Of a stretch of 64,000 nucleotides of DNA, positions 1 through 19,000 are shown piece by piece. The translations under genes were made by a program, and so were the position numbers. The stretch covers positions 3,929,950 to 3,993,949 of the forward strand of contig NC_134026.1 of the NCBI RefSeq assembly GCF_964204645.1. The letters are read 5' to 3'. Each line of letters begins with the position of its first letter. Positions within the stretch are counted from its first letter, which is position 1. The notes beneath the pieces were generated by a model, which saw only the letters and a program-made list of their open reading frames with translations, was not told the DNA's origin and ran no database searches. The DNA is from Tubulanus polymorphus. Its lineage: Eukaryota > Animalia > Nemertea.

Positions 1-19
1 TAGGCCTATGTACCCTTAT

Positions 20-516
20 TAATGTCTATTTCAACCTGACTTGAGAGCATTCCGGGTGGCCTAGCTTGATCATTTTTGGTAGGACATACCTGATAAAGGT
101 CTTAATAGGACCAGAAAGGACAGGCAGTGAACCTAAATCATCATTTTCTAATCCATTTGAAACTGTATTGAAGGATATCTAAAAAGTCTTCACTGAAAGG
201 GGTTAAATGAAGAGAAGTGACTCCATGATTTGAAAGTTTAACAATATGTTTCCATGCCTACATACCAAACTTCAGTTGGTAGGCATGGAAAATTATTGTT
301 AAACTTTCAAATCATGGAGTCACTTCTCTTCATTTAACCCCTTTCAGTGAAGACTTTTTGGATATTCTTCAATACAGTTTCAAATGGATTAAAAAACGAT
401 GATTTAGGTTGACTGCCTGTCCTTTCTGGTCCTAGACCTTTATCAGGTATGTACTCCCAAAAATTAGTGAGCTCGGCCACCCGGAATGCTCTCAAGTCAG
501 GTTGAAATAGACATTA
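20..516. mobile_element. ~497-bp near-perfect foldback palindrome (MITE-like), probably intronic in BNIP3
   Basis: TAATGTCTATTTCAACCTGACTTGAGAGCATTCCGGGTGGC at the left end is the reverse complement of GCCACCCGGAATGCTCTCAAGTCAGGTTGAAATAGACATTA at the right. Arms pair for ~240 bp up to a short loop near 270. TA at both outer ends. Confidence 0.85.
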
Positions 517-1601
517 GAATCAATTAAGATATTTTCAATACTTGGATATTCGAATAGAAAATTCATACTTTGCAATGCATTAATATAATTCCATTTGTGG
601 GAATTATCGCCATATATTCAGACATGATCAAACACTGTTTCATAAGAATGGTGAATTATTGCTGAAAAAATCGATATGTATAACAAGAGATTATTTATTA
701 TTGTTAGAATCAAGTGGCGTGCTTTCATCGGGGAAATGGGCCACATAGGCAGTGAAAAATGAAAGCCAGACATCTGTTGATTTATTTGAGACTTGGCAAT
801 AAAATAATTACGTACTAGACTTATTTATAAAGATGTACGTGTATTTGATCATGTAGGTGTTTTATTTCCGTTTCAACAAGAAAAATGGTCTAGATTTTTG
901 TTTATCTAGAGCCAAAACTAATTTTTATCGTCTGGGTAAATAGAGACTAGTTCTCACCTACGCTACGATATAAATGTATATACTTAAGCATATGTTCTAA
1001 GCTACATTGTTTAATGATTGTTTGTTCATCTCATATCTAATAGAGGTACATATTTATATGAAATAGTTATCCAAGAAATGATGGAGAGTGGATGTGCATT
1101 TATTTTGCGCGCAGTATTTTCTTTTTAAATAACATCACGATCCGTGCACCGAGGGGGGAGAAATTTTCCAATAAATACATTCTTCTGATATAAAGTGCTC
1201 GCTAAGATCATCATTAGATCAAAACATATCAAAAGTTTGATGGATCTTTGAGAAATGTTGTTTATTGGCAACGTTACAACTCCGTGAAAAAGATGTTGTT
1301 ATACTTAAGTCTACCATGACTTTGCGACTTTCAGTGTTGAAATATTTTTCTAGCCTAGCCAACTCGGATATTGTCTAGTTGGACACATTTTCACATCTGA
1401 CTTGAGCAGAATCTCTGCGATTAGTGGCTTTATTTATCCCTTGTAACATATTCCATGACATCTCTTACAAATCTTTTTCGGTTTTAGAATCGTGCGCGCT
1501 ATGCCTCAAACCTTCTCGTAGATTGAAACCATTGTATACTGCTGCTTTAGGAAAATATATTCGCGCCGTATTCTATCCAAATGTCTTATATTTTATTTCA
1601 G

Positions 1602-2311
1602 TGATTGGGGCAGTAAATTCAAACATCCCGGACAGCAATTAAAGCCACGTCGACACAAATTGAGCGTTCGCAATACGAGCGTTATGCGCAGTAGTTTGTT
1701 CAATTTGGAGAACTTACCGACACTTTTACTCACTCATGCTTGTACATTCTTCCTCGGCGCGGCCACGTAAGTTCTTTTTTATTTGTCACTTTTTAATAGA
1801 GTTCTTCTCGAAGATTAGTCAGTAATGATGCTTGAATCATGTAGTAACCAGTTACTGTGGGTATAATTTTACAGCGGTGAATCTAGAGTCTGATTCAGGG
1901 AGGTGCGCACCCCCAAAATAGGGCACATCATATAGTTAAAAGTGCACCCTGAAAAAAAAACTCATGTTTGGAAATACTGAGAACAAGCTTATGACTTTTT
2001 TAGACAGCATCTGCTTAATATTTTTCATTTTCCCTCAAAATTTTTAGGGCATGTTGAGATTTTTAGGGGGGTTCCTGCACTCTCTCCTTGGATCAGCCCC
2101 TGTTTTTCAAATTTCTTTGAACAAACAAATATGTGCATAGTGCCAGTGCGCCGTACCACCCCACTCTGGTTTGCCCTTTTCTTTTGCAATCTGTAATGGA
2201 TAACCACTTGATGCGTAAATATGATATGATATACTGTTGTTTTTTAGAATGCTGATTTATTTGAAGAGGTATTGTAACTGGGCGGCTGCCACGGCTATCA
2301 GTCTGGATTAG
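1602..2311 (+). CDS. BNIP3: BNIP3/NIX-family mitophagy receptor, last two coding exons (5' part upstream of the window)
   Basis: Exons 1602-1766 (tttcag|...|gtaagt) and 2248-2311 (ttttag|...TAG) splice in phase to DWGSKFKHPGQQLKPRRHKLSVRNTSVMRSSLFNLENLPTLLLTHACTFFLGAATMLIYLKRYCNWAAATAISLD*. This matches the BNIP3 C-terminus (FKHP...LSMRNTSVM...LPSLLLSH TM helix plus basic tail). Confidence 0.88.
1885..2102. mobile_element. Degenerate MITE in the last BNIP3 intron
   Basis: Right end GGATCAGCCCCTG with a degenerate left counterpart AGAGTCTGATTC; internal GTGCGCACCCCC/GTGCACCC motifs. Confidence 0.45.
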
Positions 2312-5300
2312 ATAAGATCGGATCAGTGTATAGACACACATTGCGCAGACCTGGAAGACCAAATAATGTCATCACTTTGAATTTGAGATGTTTTGACACG
2401 ATGATGATTGTCAGCTTTACTACGTCTGTTCGACATACAGTAGTGTATTCAACATCTTTCATATTCAAATCGCGGTGTTTGTCATCTTCATTGTTATCTT
2501 TTTAGTTATTTCTCAGGTTGGATATTTCGGCAAGGAATATTGTGTAAGCACTGTCAGTGGGTTTTCTTATTATCGAGATGTTTATTTTCATATATTATAT
2601 TAGTGTTCCCGCTGCTTTGCAAGGTCGATTTTTAAAGTTGGGTGTCATCCGCGAAAATGTCTACGGCCCAGTTTTAAACTTGGCCCCGGTGTTGGTTTCT
2701 CATTGTTACCTACTGTAATTAGCTCACTTCTGTATCTACCTAAGCCTGTTTCGCGCGACTTCGAATGATTATGAAATGAGAGGTTGTTATTGGTAAGAAC
2801 TATTGTATTTTGATTCGTGTTGAAATTTGGCATAGGGGATTCTTTTTAATTTCTGCAGAGAGGTAATAAGAAATAGAAACCGTGTTTTCGATCTGGAAAA
2901 TTTGAATAAATTCTCTGGATTTGAATTAGAAAACCCCATCTTTAAGACTCGGTTCTCGACGCAGCACTGTTGTGTTCGGTAAGCGGCGCATTTTATGAAT
3001 GAAATATTTTCCACAAATGAATACAAGTAGCGTTTAGAAATATTGAAATGTATATTAACGTTATTGCATTGCATCATCATAATCATCATCATCGTTGAAG
3101 CGTATAAATTATAATAAGCTTGCTGCTGACTTTCATCTCCACATTCTCTCCATTCTCCCTTTCAGAAATCAGCACGTTCATTGTTATCTGGTTTCTAGGC
3201 CTACGAAATCGATATCGGAATTAATTTCAGTAATGTCTCTAATCATAATTTCTCCACGTTGCGAATTCTTATCTGGCCCCATATTGTCGTTGTGGCCTTG
3301 TGTGGACGAAGTTGCTAAGTCAATTATAGCAGTCTGATTATATCATACTAACATGACTGATTCAATCAATGCTTTCATATGGTACTGTTTACATCAGTAA
3401 ATAATAAGCAATTCCTGTTTGTTCGAAATCAGCTGCCAATTATCAGTTATACGCCTATAATATAGCCTAGAACAGCATCGAGAAAATGACTTCCGAGATT
3501 TATAAAAACTTCAGTTATGCGATATGCTCAATTTTGATAAACTCGGCAAATACCGGCTTCCTTATCATTGTCGACCATAGCTCAATTAGTGTCCACGTGA
3601 CTAGAGAACGCAAGCATTAATCATGAAGCCACATCTACGCATTGATTTTCTTTTATTAGATGAATATCAGATATTTTTCTGCTGGCATTTTACTGATCGG
3701 TGATTAAGACATTTGATTTAAGGTGTACTTAAAGCAGGATTTTGTCTACCTGCGATGATCACAGTGGAAATGCTATAATCGCAAATTGAATAAATTCGTA
3801 GAAATTCGACTAGAACTTTTAAACTAAATTAGATTATGAATTAAATCCACCTCAAAATGGCATTTTGTTCGCATTTTTGTTATTTAACAAGAGCATAATT
3901 CATGTCTAATGTATCCTGACATTAGATAATTGGAATTTCTGTTGAATTTTTTTCATGTAATTTGATTTTCTGATACACTGGTGGTTCCTCGGGCATGCTA
4001 TGGCATTAGATACCACGATCTTAGACTATCGGGTTTTAAATGAGGAAGGATTTGTTATTAGAAGGGGAAGTTTGAAAGAGGATGACCGTTGCGCAGTCCA
4101 GGAATGTATCGAATACGTATGTTAATCGCAAATGATGTTTTATACGTGTATTAATAAATGATATCAATTATCAGTTGTTAGTTGTAAATTGATTTAGAAA
4201 TTGTGTTTTAAATGTTGCGTTTTGCTGAAAGAAATATTATTGACTGTAATATATTGTAGGTTGGTTCCTGAATTTAATCATGTGTTGATTGCCCGTCTGT
4301 GGTTACGGTATATGATTTACGAATGACTTATCAAGTGGGAATTTTATCTTCATTAAAAACTAGCCGTGATATATTTCCATCAACGATATCAATCTCAATT
4401 CGAGAATGAATGATAATCGATTATCTCTCTAAATCTACGGAATTATTTTACAATGTGTGCATTTTTCAATCTCAATTATGTGCTGAATAAAAGTACTGTT
4501 TAGATATTTACAGTAACCCTATATTGGACCCTGAGATATTTGGGCTAATTTCATGTTGATACAAATTTTGGAGGAGACCTATTTCATTACTATTCGAGGG
4601 AATCATCTGAATACTATAAGTGTATGTGTATATACATGTATTTATATATCATAGTGCCTTGTAAATAGGGCAGCTTGTTAAATTATCAAAGAAAAAATGT
4701 TGCTTGGTTCTAACTATCGGGTAATGTGCGATTACAACTCGAAGTAGATTTCATTTGTATTTTTCGATTGTTCTAATTCTATTTATCTGACGAGGTTTGG
4801 GTTCTAACGTTGATGATGTGCATTGAAAGTTTAACTGTGAAAATGTATATTGTGATTTAACATATATAGATTATGTATTAGCAAGAATGATGTTGTACTG
4901 CAGTGATTTTACAGTCGTGTCGCAAGCTGCTACAGCAATGATTTTATCTTTAGTTTCTGTGATATATCGAACCGTGTGTCATTTTTAGTTAAAGCCTAAG
5001 GTTAAATCGTGGGTCGTGGCAGGTTTATACCTGTCATCATATCCTGAAAGAAACGATTGAAAGCATTATACCGGTCCTGTTTGCAAAGCGATTTCATGAA
5101 ATTATTAATTCAAAATGACAAGTTTTCCTTTTCAAGTGATTCTATTCAATGTTTGAAGCACGAGGCTTCAAGGTGACTCTTCAATAAGTATATGACGACT
5201 GTCATGTGCCTGCAATGACCCGAGTCCATTGACAGCAGAAGTCATTAGGCCTAATGGTCAGCAGGTCTTTAAACCTTATCTATATACATTTCTTAGTTTT

Positions 5301-6390
5301 CTTTATCATGGTGTATGTATTAAATGCTAGAGGTATTCAGTTCATGAAAAACCTCTCTTGAAACCCTCAGTCATTTGGATTAAAAGCAATTCCCGAATAG
5401 GGTCAATGGAAATGAGGATTGAAGAGCACTCTACCTGTTTTATATCACAGGTTGACAGTTACGCACTATTATGGAATAGTTATAGCGTATACCAACGAGC
5501 AATCATCTCAACGAGTAATCATCTCAATCATCTCAACGTTGAGGTGATTGCTCGTAGCTACACTAATTGAAATGAACGCACCAACAGAAAACTATCACAA
5601 TCGGTAGATTCAATTAGAATCTACCCAGATACATGTATCACGCTTTATAAGTCATTTTGTAGAGTGAAATGATATTTTTTCATGTTGAACAGCTGGTATT
5701 ACACGAGTATTAAAATGAACAATGCTGCTCTGCTTTAGTCTAATTCGTCGTCACTTTGAGATTAGAAATTTCGTACCAACAAACGTCTTAATCTGGCCTC
5801 AATCCAAAATTGGGTGGGTTCGGATTTTTTGTTCAATTTCAAGTACACTTCAATACTAAACCAGCACGCACAATGAAAGCTTTTGTTTTTCTATATCGTC
5901 GATGGCTATTATTTTCACCAAGACTTATATAAATAATATTAGTCAGCTGATATCACTGTTTGCTATTTATTCTTCTTGCTCTTAGTGACTTTTGTAAGGA
6001 CATAGCTACCAGTGCCACAACACAAAATATAAACTAACTCATGATTCCGGGAAATCTTTCAAATTCAATTTGTTGAACCATGATTCTAGGTATTCTGTAA
6101 TCAGTGTCTACGCGTGATAACATAATTTTCTTAGACCGATTTCTGAGTAAAGTTAAATACGGATTAAAGATTTCAAGAACTGTGGCAACTTGCATTCTGA
6201 AAATACTAATAAAAGGCTTTTGAAACATAAAACATATATGATACACCTATTTTACTTCCCTGAAAATTGTATCATTTTGCTATTAATGATTATTTTGTAC
6301 AGAGAATTGTATTTAAGCAAGATAATGTATGTATATTTGACATTGTATTGTATGTATTTTCTTCTTCAATTAAAATATATACGGTAATGC
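2312..6390 (+). other. Probable long 3' UTR of BNIP3
   Basis: No credible ORF. U/G-rich + strand with TGTANATA elements (4627, 4660). Candidate poly(A) signals AATAAA 4486 and ATTAAA ~6368. The end point is inferred. Confidence 0.45.
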
Positions 6391-9076
6391 GTCAAATGTA
6401 TATTCGAGTTGTTTGTGTTGGTTAATTTCTTGGTAAGTCTAGACAGTAGCTGCATGTACACCACACTGACAAACCACTGGTTGATTGACGACGACGATAG
6501 CCTCGTATCATGATATGTAGTTCACCTAGAAGTTTTATGATTCCATATCAGATGAACTAACCTGGTTGCTGACTAAATATAGATCACTAGGAACAACAAG
6601 TGCATCATCTATCCTATAACTAATTAGCCTAATTTCCTTAGTGAAGCCGACCATCAATTTACCCAATTGTTTCACAGATTTGTCTAAAAATCATGTACCT
6701 GGTATATTACTGGTAACCCACAGTGTCTCAAAATTGCTGATTGACTTTCCAAAATGGGGATCCGTTGCAAGTTGGAGGTGCGAAGTTCATCCGACCATTG
6801 CATCATTTATTGATAATCGACGAACATTTTTTTCCTTAATGGACCCAATGCCACAAATACCTAAGGTAAAACCATTTAGGGCACAGATTTTAAATCTTCA
6901 AATCCTATGTTCCATAAGAAATGTTACTGGCGTGAAGCCAAAATTCAGCCGGTTAAAAACCAACAGTCCATCTAAAAGAACAATACAACCTTAGATCATT
7001 CTGATACATTATATTCAATAGTTTTTATTTTCGTCTAATGTACATTTTGTTTGAATATGTACACGAATAATGACCGAAGTAGATTATACACATAGAGAAA
7101 GAGAGAGAGAGATAATAGATTCATTCTAATCATGTACTTTGTTCACAGGGCGTACAAGCTTGCAATATGATCTTAAAATGCTGCCAATAGCAAAACAACT
7201 ATTAAACGGATATTCAACTCACTGCTGCAGCTCGTAAAATGTTGCATAAATAATAAGCAATGAAAACTATCAATGTCAAAATCGAATCTACCCTAAGATC
7301 ATTTAACTACGTTCGGCAGGTGGCACATGCTTTCTTCACCGTCGATAAAAAGTATTCACTCAATATTTTTCATTTAAGAACTTTCGATGAGATCTTTGTT
7401 TATGAATCATTATACATCTCGTAGTGGTCGAACTAATTTCTAATTTCTCTGTCTAGTTTTGATTATCAGTAATCTCTACAATAAAGGCTAGACATACATA
7501 CACATACAGTGTATTTACTTCTTATTTCTATACTATTTTCAAAACGAAAATTTTCAATAATTTATCCCGACGCAAACACGCACACATAAACGTTAACACT
7601 ATCATGGTATATAACAATTTCATATATCATCTACTTTTTTGAATTCATTCTCTGAAAGAAAAGTTTATGGATAAAACAGAGATAAGGCAATATGTGTTTT
7701 ATCGTTCTTTTATAGGAGTATCGAGGAAAATGGAAGATGCTTAACATAATGGAACGCATATCATCCAGCTCCCATCAACCCTATACTTCTGACCATCAAT
7801 AAAGCATCTCTCGGTGCTTCTACTAGGCCCAACACATATATACAGACAACTCGACCCCCATAGATTCTCTGTGAATGGTCATCGACTGGTTGAACTGGAA
7901 TGTAGTCACGTTTCGATCATCGATTGATTATGCATGGAATGGACTCAACTGACTTGAAATCTACGATATTACACTTCACATGATTAAACGAAAAACACAT
8001 TCATAGTACGTAGATATTTGCTCAGTTGTTGGTCATGTATCAGGTAACTTAGTACGTCATGCTAGTATGCGTACTGTACATACATTGCAGCGAGGTTTTC
8101 GTATCTGTGACAAGAACTATCCTAATGACTCCTAATATAATAATAAATTATTACATCTTTTTAACTATATACACGAACATATTCAACGCCTAGGGCCTGT
8201 TTCGTAGACCAGTTTTAACTGAAACCAGGTTCAACATCGAGTAGATCCCACAAATATTATCAAAACTGGTCTATAAAACCGGCCTACGGTGCTGGTTTTT
8301 CAAACTGGGCATTCCTAGGTAAAAGGTTCATTATGGTTTGTCGTCGTTATTCGGGCACTTACTACCTAATTTCAGGATTAAATCCCAGTCTATGAATCTA
8401 AACCAGCCCCATGAACTATATTCGGTTTTTCCTAAATTGCACGGTTCATATCGCTAACGCACAGGGTTATTCATTTTCCTGATTTCAACATAATCTACAA
8501 TACATTAACGAGTAATTAATTTCATACATTTTCTTATTTGCTTTGATCAGAATTCAGACATTACTGGACATCAGAATATATCAGACTGACACAATCATTT
8601 TCACTTCTAATAAGTTGATCAACCGAAACGGCTATGGGGCAGGGGGTAGAGATAATTTTTCTGTATACATACTGGTACTCGTCCTGGCCTGTACAAAATA
8701 GACATATTCCGAGTTCCCGTACACGCAAATGAATGTATTGTTATTGCTGGTGACTAGAAGATAATTCCGGTACATATCCATCACCGGTAATAAATAGCAC
8801 ATCATGATCATCAACACAGACATTTCTTTCTCGATTATAGCTATTGTTCGATAAAAATGCGAATGGGAAGAAGATAGCACGCAAATCACACATCGAATAC
8901 TAACTGTTTTTAACTGTTTTTAGATAACCTTAAATCAAACCAATATTTCCTACTATCATTATTATTACTATTTTTCACCTAACAACCCTGTAAATGTATA
9001 TATAGTATATGTTTATGATCTATAACTGGTTTCTATCGGAGGTCTGTTTGTTCGAGTTTATCCGCCGTCGATTGTC

Positions 9077-15806
<6,730 letters not shown>

Positions 15807-16020
15807 TTTGCTCGGTCATGTGACGCGTTCGTGTCAGGTGGGTAAAGGTTGGCTCCGGCGGGCAGACTGCTCCGGTGTACCCCGATACCCCAGCGCAATA
15901 TCCGCCGCGTACTGCAGTTCATCAGCGGCTCCACAATCATAACGAAATCAAAATATTCTTTATTTTCCACAGATTTCGCTTATAATTCGCACTTGCAACA
16001 GCTTTTCCAGCGATGACACA
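15807..16020. promoter_or_regulatory. Bidirectional promoter of ATP6V1B/AUP1 with an M-box
   Basis: Start codons diverge 214 bp apart in a CpG-rich patch. GTCATGTGAC at 15815-15824; YY1-like CAAAATGGCG overlaps the ATP6V1B ATG. Confidence 0.75.
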
Positions 16021-19000
16021 ATGGCCAACGAGTTGAAAATCGATGATTTGATTAAAAAATCGAGGTAAAGCCGTTTTTATCTAACAGTCAAAGTTTGTTA
16101 AGCGTTCGTTTCGCAACTTGGTTGTACTAAGTATCAAAACAAAACGTCGAATAAATCGCTATTGGAAAGTTGATATCTGTTGTACTCTTGATCTATAGGT
16201 TCCCTGATGGATTCGGAAGAAATCTGGCGATTTTGTTGTACTTTCCGATTGGTTTGATGCTGGCTGTGATACGTGTTTTTATCGGTCTTCATGTTTATAT
16301 CATTGCCAGCATATTGCCAAAAACTTCATCGATCAGACGGTACGAATTGTTTCTTTCTCCTGTGTATCACAAATACTTATCTAAATTTCAGCTTGAAATA
16401 GAATGAGCATTTGAGTGTCTTGACTAATAAATTAAGCGAATGAGGCCCTAATATCTTCTTTACTGGGTAAAAGTGCAGTACCGCGACTTGAGTGCAGAAG
16501 TGGTCTTTAATCTTTAGACTGGTCTTACGTTGTTAGATTGGCTACAGAACTAAGTTGGTCTTAGACTCAGTGGAGATATCATAATTCAAATCACTGCATT
16601 GGATTCCAAGAGACAATCTGAGTCTGGAACTGTGCGTCATGCATAAAAACTGCCTCGTATCAAATCTAGCAATTGGTTTGCGTATTTATATGTTTCTAAT
16701 CGATGTTCTTTACAGGATGGTTCTTCGTGTGATGTACACTGTACTCGGGTTGGTCGTCACGCAGAATGGAACAGAAAATCACAAACGAGACGTCAAAATT
16801 ATGATCAGCAATCATATTAGTATATTTGATCACTTGGCTATAGATTTATTTCTACCGAATTATATGGTGCGTAAAAAAAGATTTCAAATCTCGATTATAT
16901 TTTAATACCTCAACTGTTAAATGCAATAAGAGAAATTCTTGTTTTATTACAGCCATTTGCGCTGAGACCTCTAGGTCTATGGGGCAAGCTGCTTGGGTAC
17001 ATTGATTTTTACAGTAAAAAGACGAATGATTCGTTCGTTTCACTTTGCAAGCAACACATTGCTGGTAAGAGAATTTCAAACAATGGGATACTGGCACTTT
17101 CCAGCAAAACACTGGATCATTGGTAGTAAAAATGGCTCAAGTCCATTATAGCATTAAATAGTTCCAGCAGGGACTTATCACATTGGACTGGTATTTGGAA
17201 TTAATCCGCCAATATTGGACTGATTGAATCTTACGACATTACGCCATAGGGACGTGCGAACATACCGACATACAGACAAACCGACGAACCGACGAACCGA
17301 CAAACCGACATACCGGCAAACCGACGAACCGACAAATCCTTGCGTGGATTACCCTTATATAAAGTGGCTGGGATCGAGGGGCTGCGTGTATGCGTGGATT
17401 ACCCTTATGTTAAGTGGCTGGGATCGAGGGGGCTGGGTATGTACCTGGATTACCCTTGTATAAATTGGCTGGGATCAAGGGGCTGTGTGGTGCATGAATT
17501 ACCCTTATATAAAGTGGCTGGGATCGAGGGGCTGGGTATATGCGTGGATTACCCGCCGATTACCCTCATATAAAGTGGCTAGGATCGAGGGGCTGGGTAT
17601 ATGCGTGGATTACCCGCCGATTTCCCTCATATAAAGTGGCTAGGATCGAGGGGCTGCGTGGTTGCGTGGATTACCCTTATATAAAGTGGCTGGGATCGAG
17701 AGGCTGCGTGGTTGCGTGGATTACCCTTATATAATGTGGCGATCGAGGGGCTGCGTGGTTCTGTGGATTACCCTTATATAATGTGGCGCGGATCGAGGGG
17801 CAGGGTTTTTCCGTGGATTACCCGTGGCTGGATCGAGGGAATACGAGTATGTCAGTTTGTCGGTTCGTCGGTTCGTCGGTTTGTCTTGAAAAGTACGTAG
17901 CCGAATTACTCCTTTTCTAAAAATGTATCTTTGAGCGGGGAACTATTCCACGCTATACTGGACTTGAACCGTAAAAATCAGTTCATTTTCAAATGATATT
18001 TGAGCATGATTTTTGGCGGCTACTAAATCCAAAAATTATCGAACAAGTCATCAAATAGACATAAGATTTCTCACTCTATGGTATAGATTTTATTGAAAAT
18101 TGATTTACTGATGAGAAAATAGATTCGAATTTAATTGAAATGTAGAAGGAAATTGAAGTGCGGTAACCCAGTGCCACTAGCGATCCTGGTGGATCATCGC
18201 TGAATCCTCGCTTGCCACTGTAGCATTGACCGTATCCCATTACTTACCTGGTGTTACATTTACCTTTGAATCCTTCCCTTAAACTTGGATTGCATCGGGA
18301 ATGATACTACGTTCGTTAAAGATCTATATTCTATATCCTAAGTCATGGACCAGGTTTACCTTTAACTGAATTTTGGTTTAGTTTCAGATGTTTCATTGCT
18401 GGTCTTCCCTGAAGGCATGAAAACTAACGGAGAGAAGGGATTGCTCAAATACAACACTAAGATATTTTCACCTGAGCAACCGATACAACCAGTAAGTGCG
18501 TTGATGGTCTTGAAATGATCTATATGTTATATATGAGAATATTCTTTCATCTTCATGCTGAAAATCTCAGTATTCATTTGAGTTTTCAATTTTTTGTTTC
18601 ACCATTACATCTGCTATGGTTCATTGAACGTACCAAACTACCTGCATAACTGTCATATTCGTAACTTGCTTAAAAGATTTTCTGACCCTATTATAAATGA
18701 TTACCGTATATTTGTTTAATGAATTTTAGATTGCGCTTGAAGTTAGAAGGCCATCATTAACTGATATTTCTGTGGTAAGATTAAGATGTGTACTGAATAT
18801 TGCCATATTATTTCATCTCGTAGAAGCTTGAGTTGATGCGTGAATTTCTGGTGTATTATAGACTGTTATTAATGGAAGTTGGCTGTCTGATGCATTTTGG
18901 TTCCTTTTTGTTCCGTACTCGCATTATGATGTGAGGTAAGATTTGCATCGGGTTATTTTTAGGGGGAAAAAATTTGTCTAAGAAATCAAGCTGTCATCTT

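Noticed and set aside
2645-8889. Short ORFs in the BNIP3-ATP6V1B gap
   Set aside because: No recognisable motifs or consistent splice structure; many start at non-ATG codons.
17340-17840. CRISPR-like array, or the overlapping ORFs with repeated peptides
   Set aside because: Units are head-to-tail with no unique spacers, there are no cas genes, and the context is a eukaryotic intron. The ORFs are by-products of the minisatellite.
18108-18135. Hammerhead ribozyme core (CTGATGA...GAA)
   Set aside because: GAAT replaces the required GAAA, and no stems I/III are evident.
18241-18251. U1 snRNA 5' end (TACTTACCTGG)
   Set aside because: The downstream sequence lacks U1 stem-loops and the Sm site; the motif is simply the reverse complement of a donor consensus.
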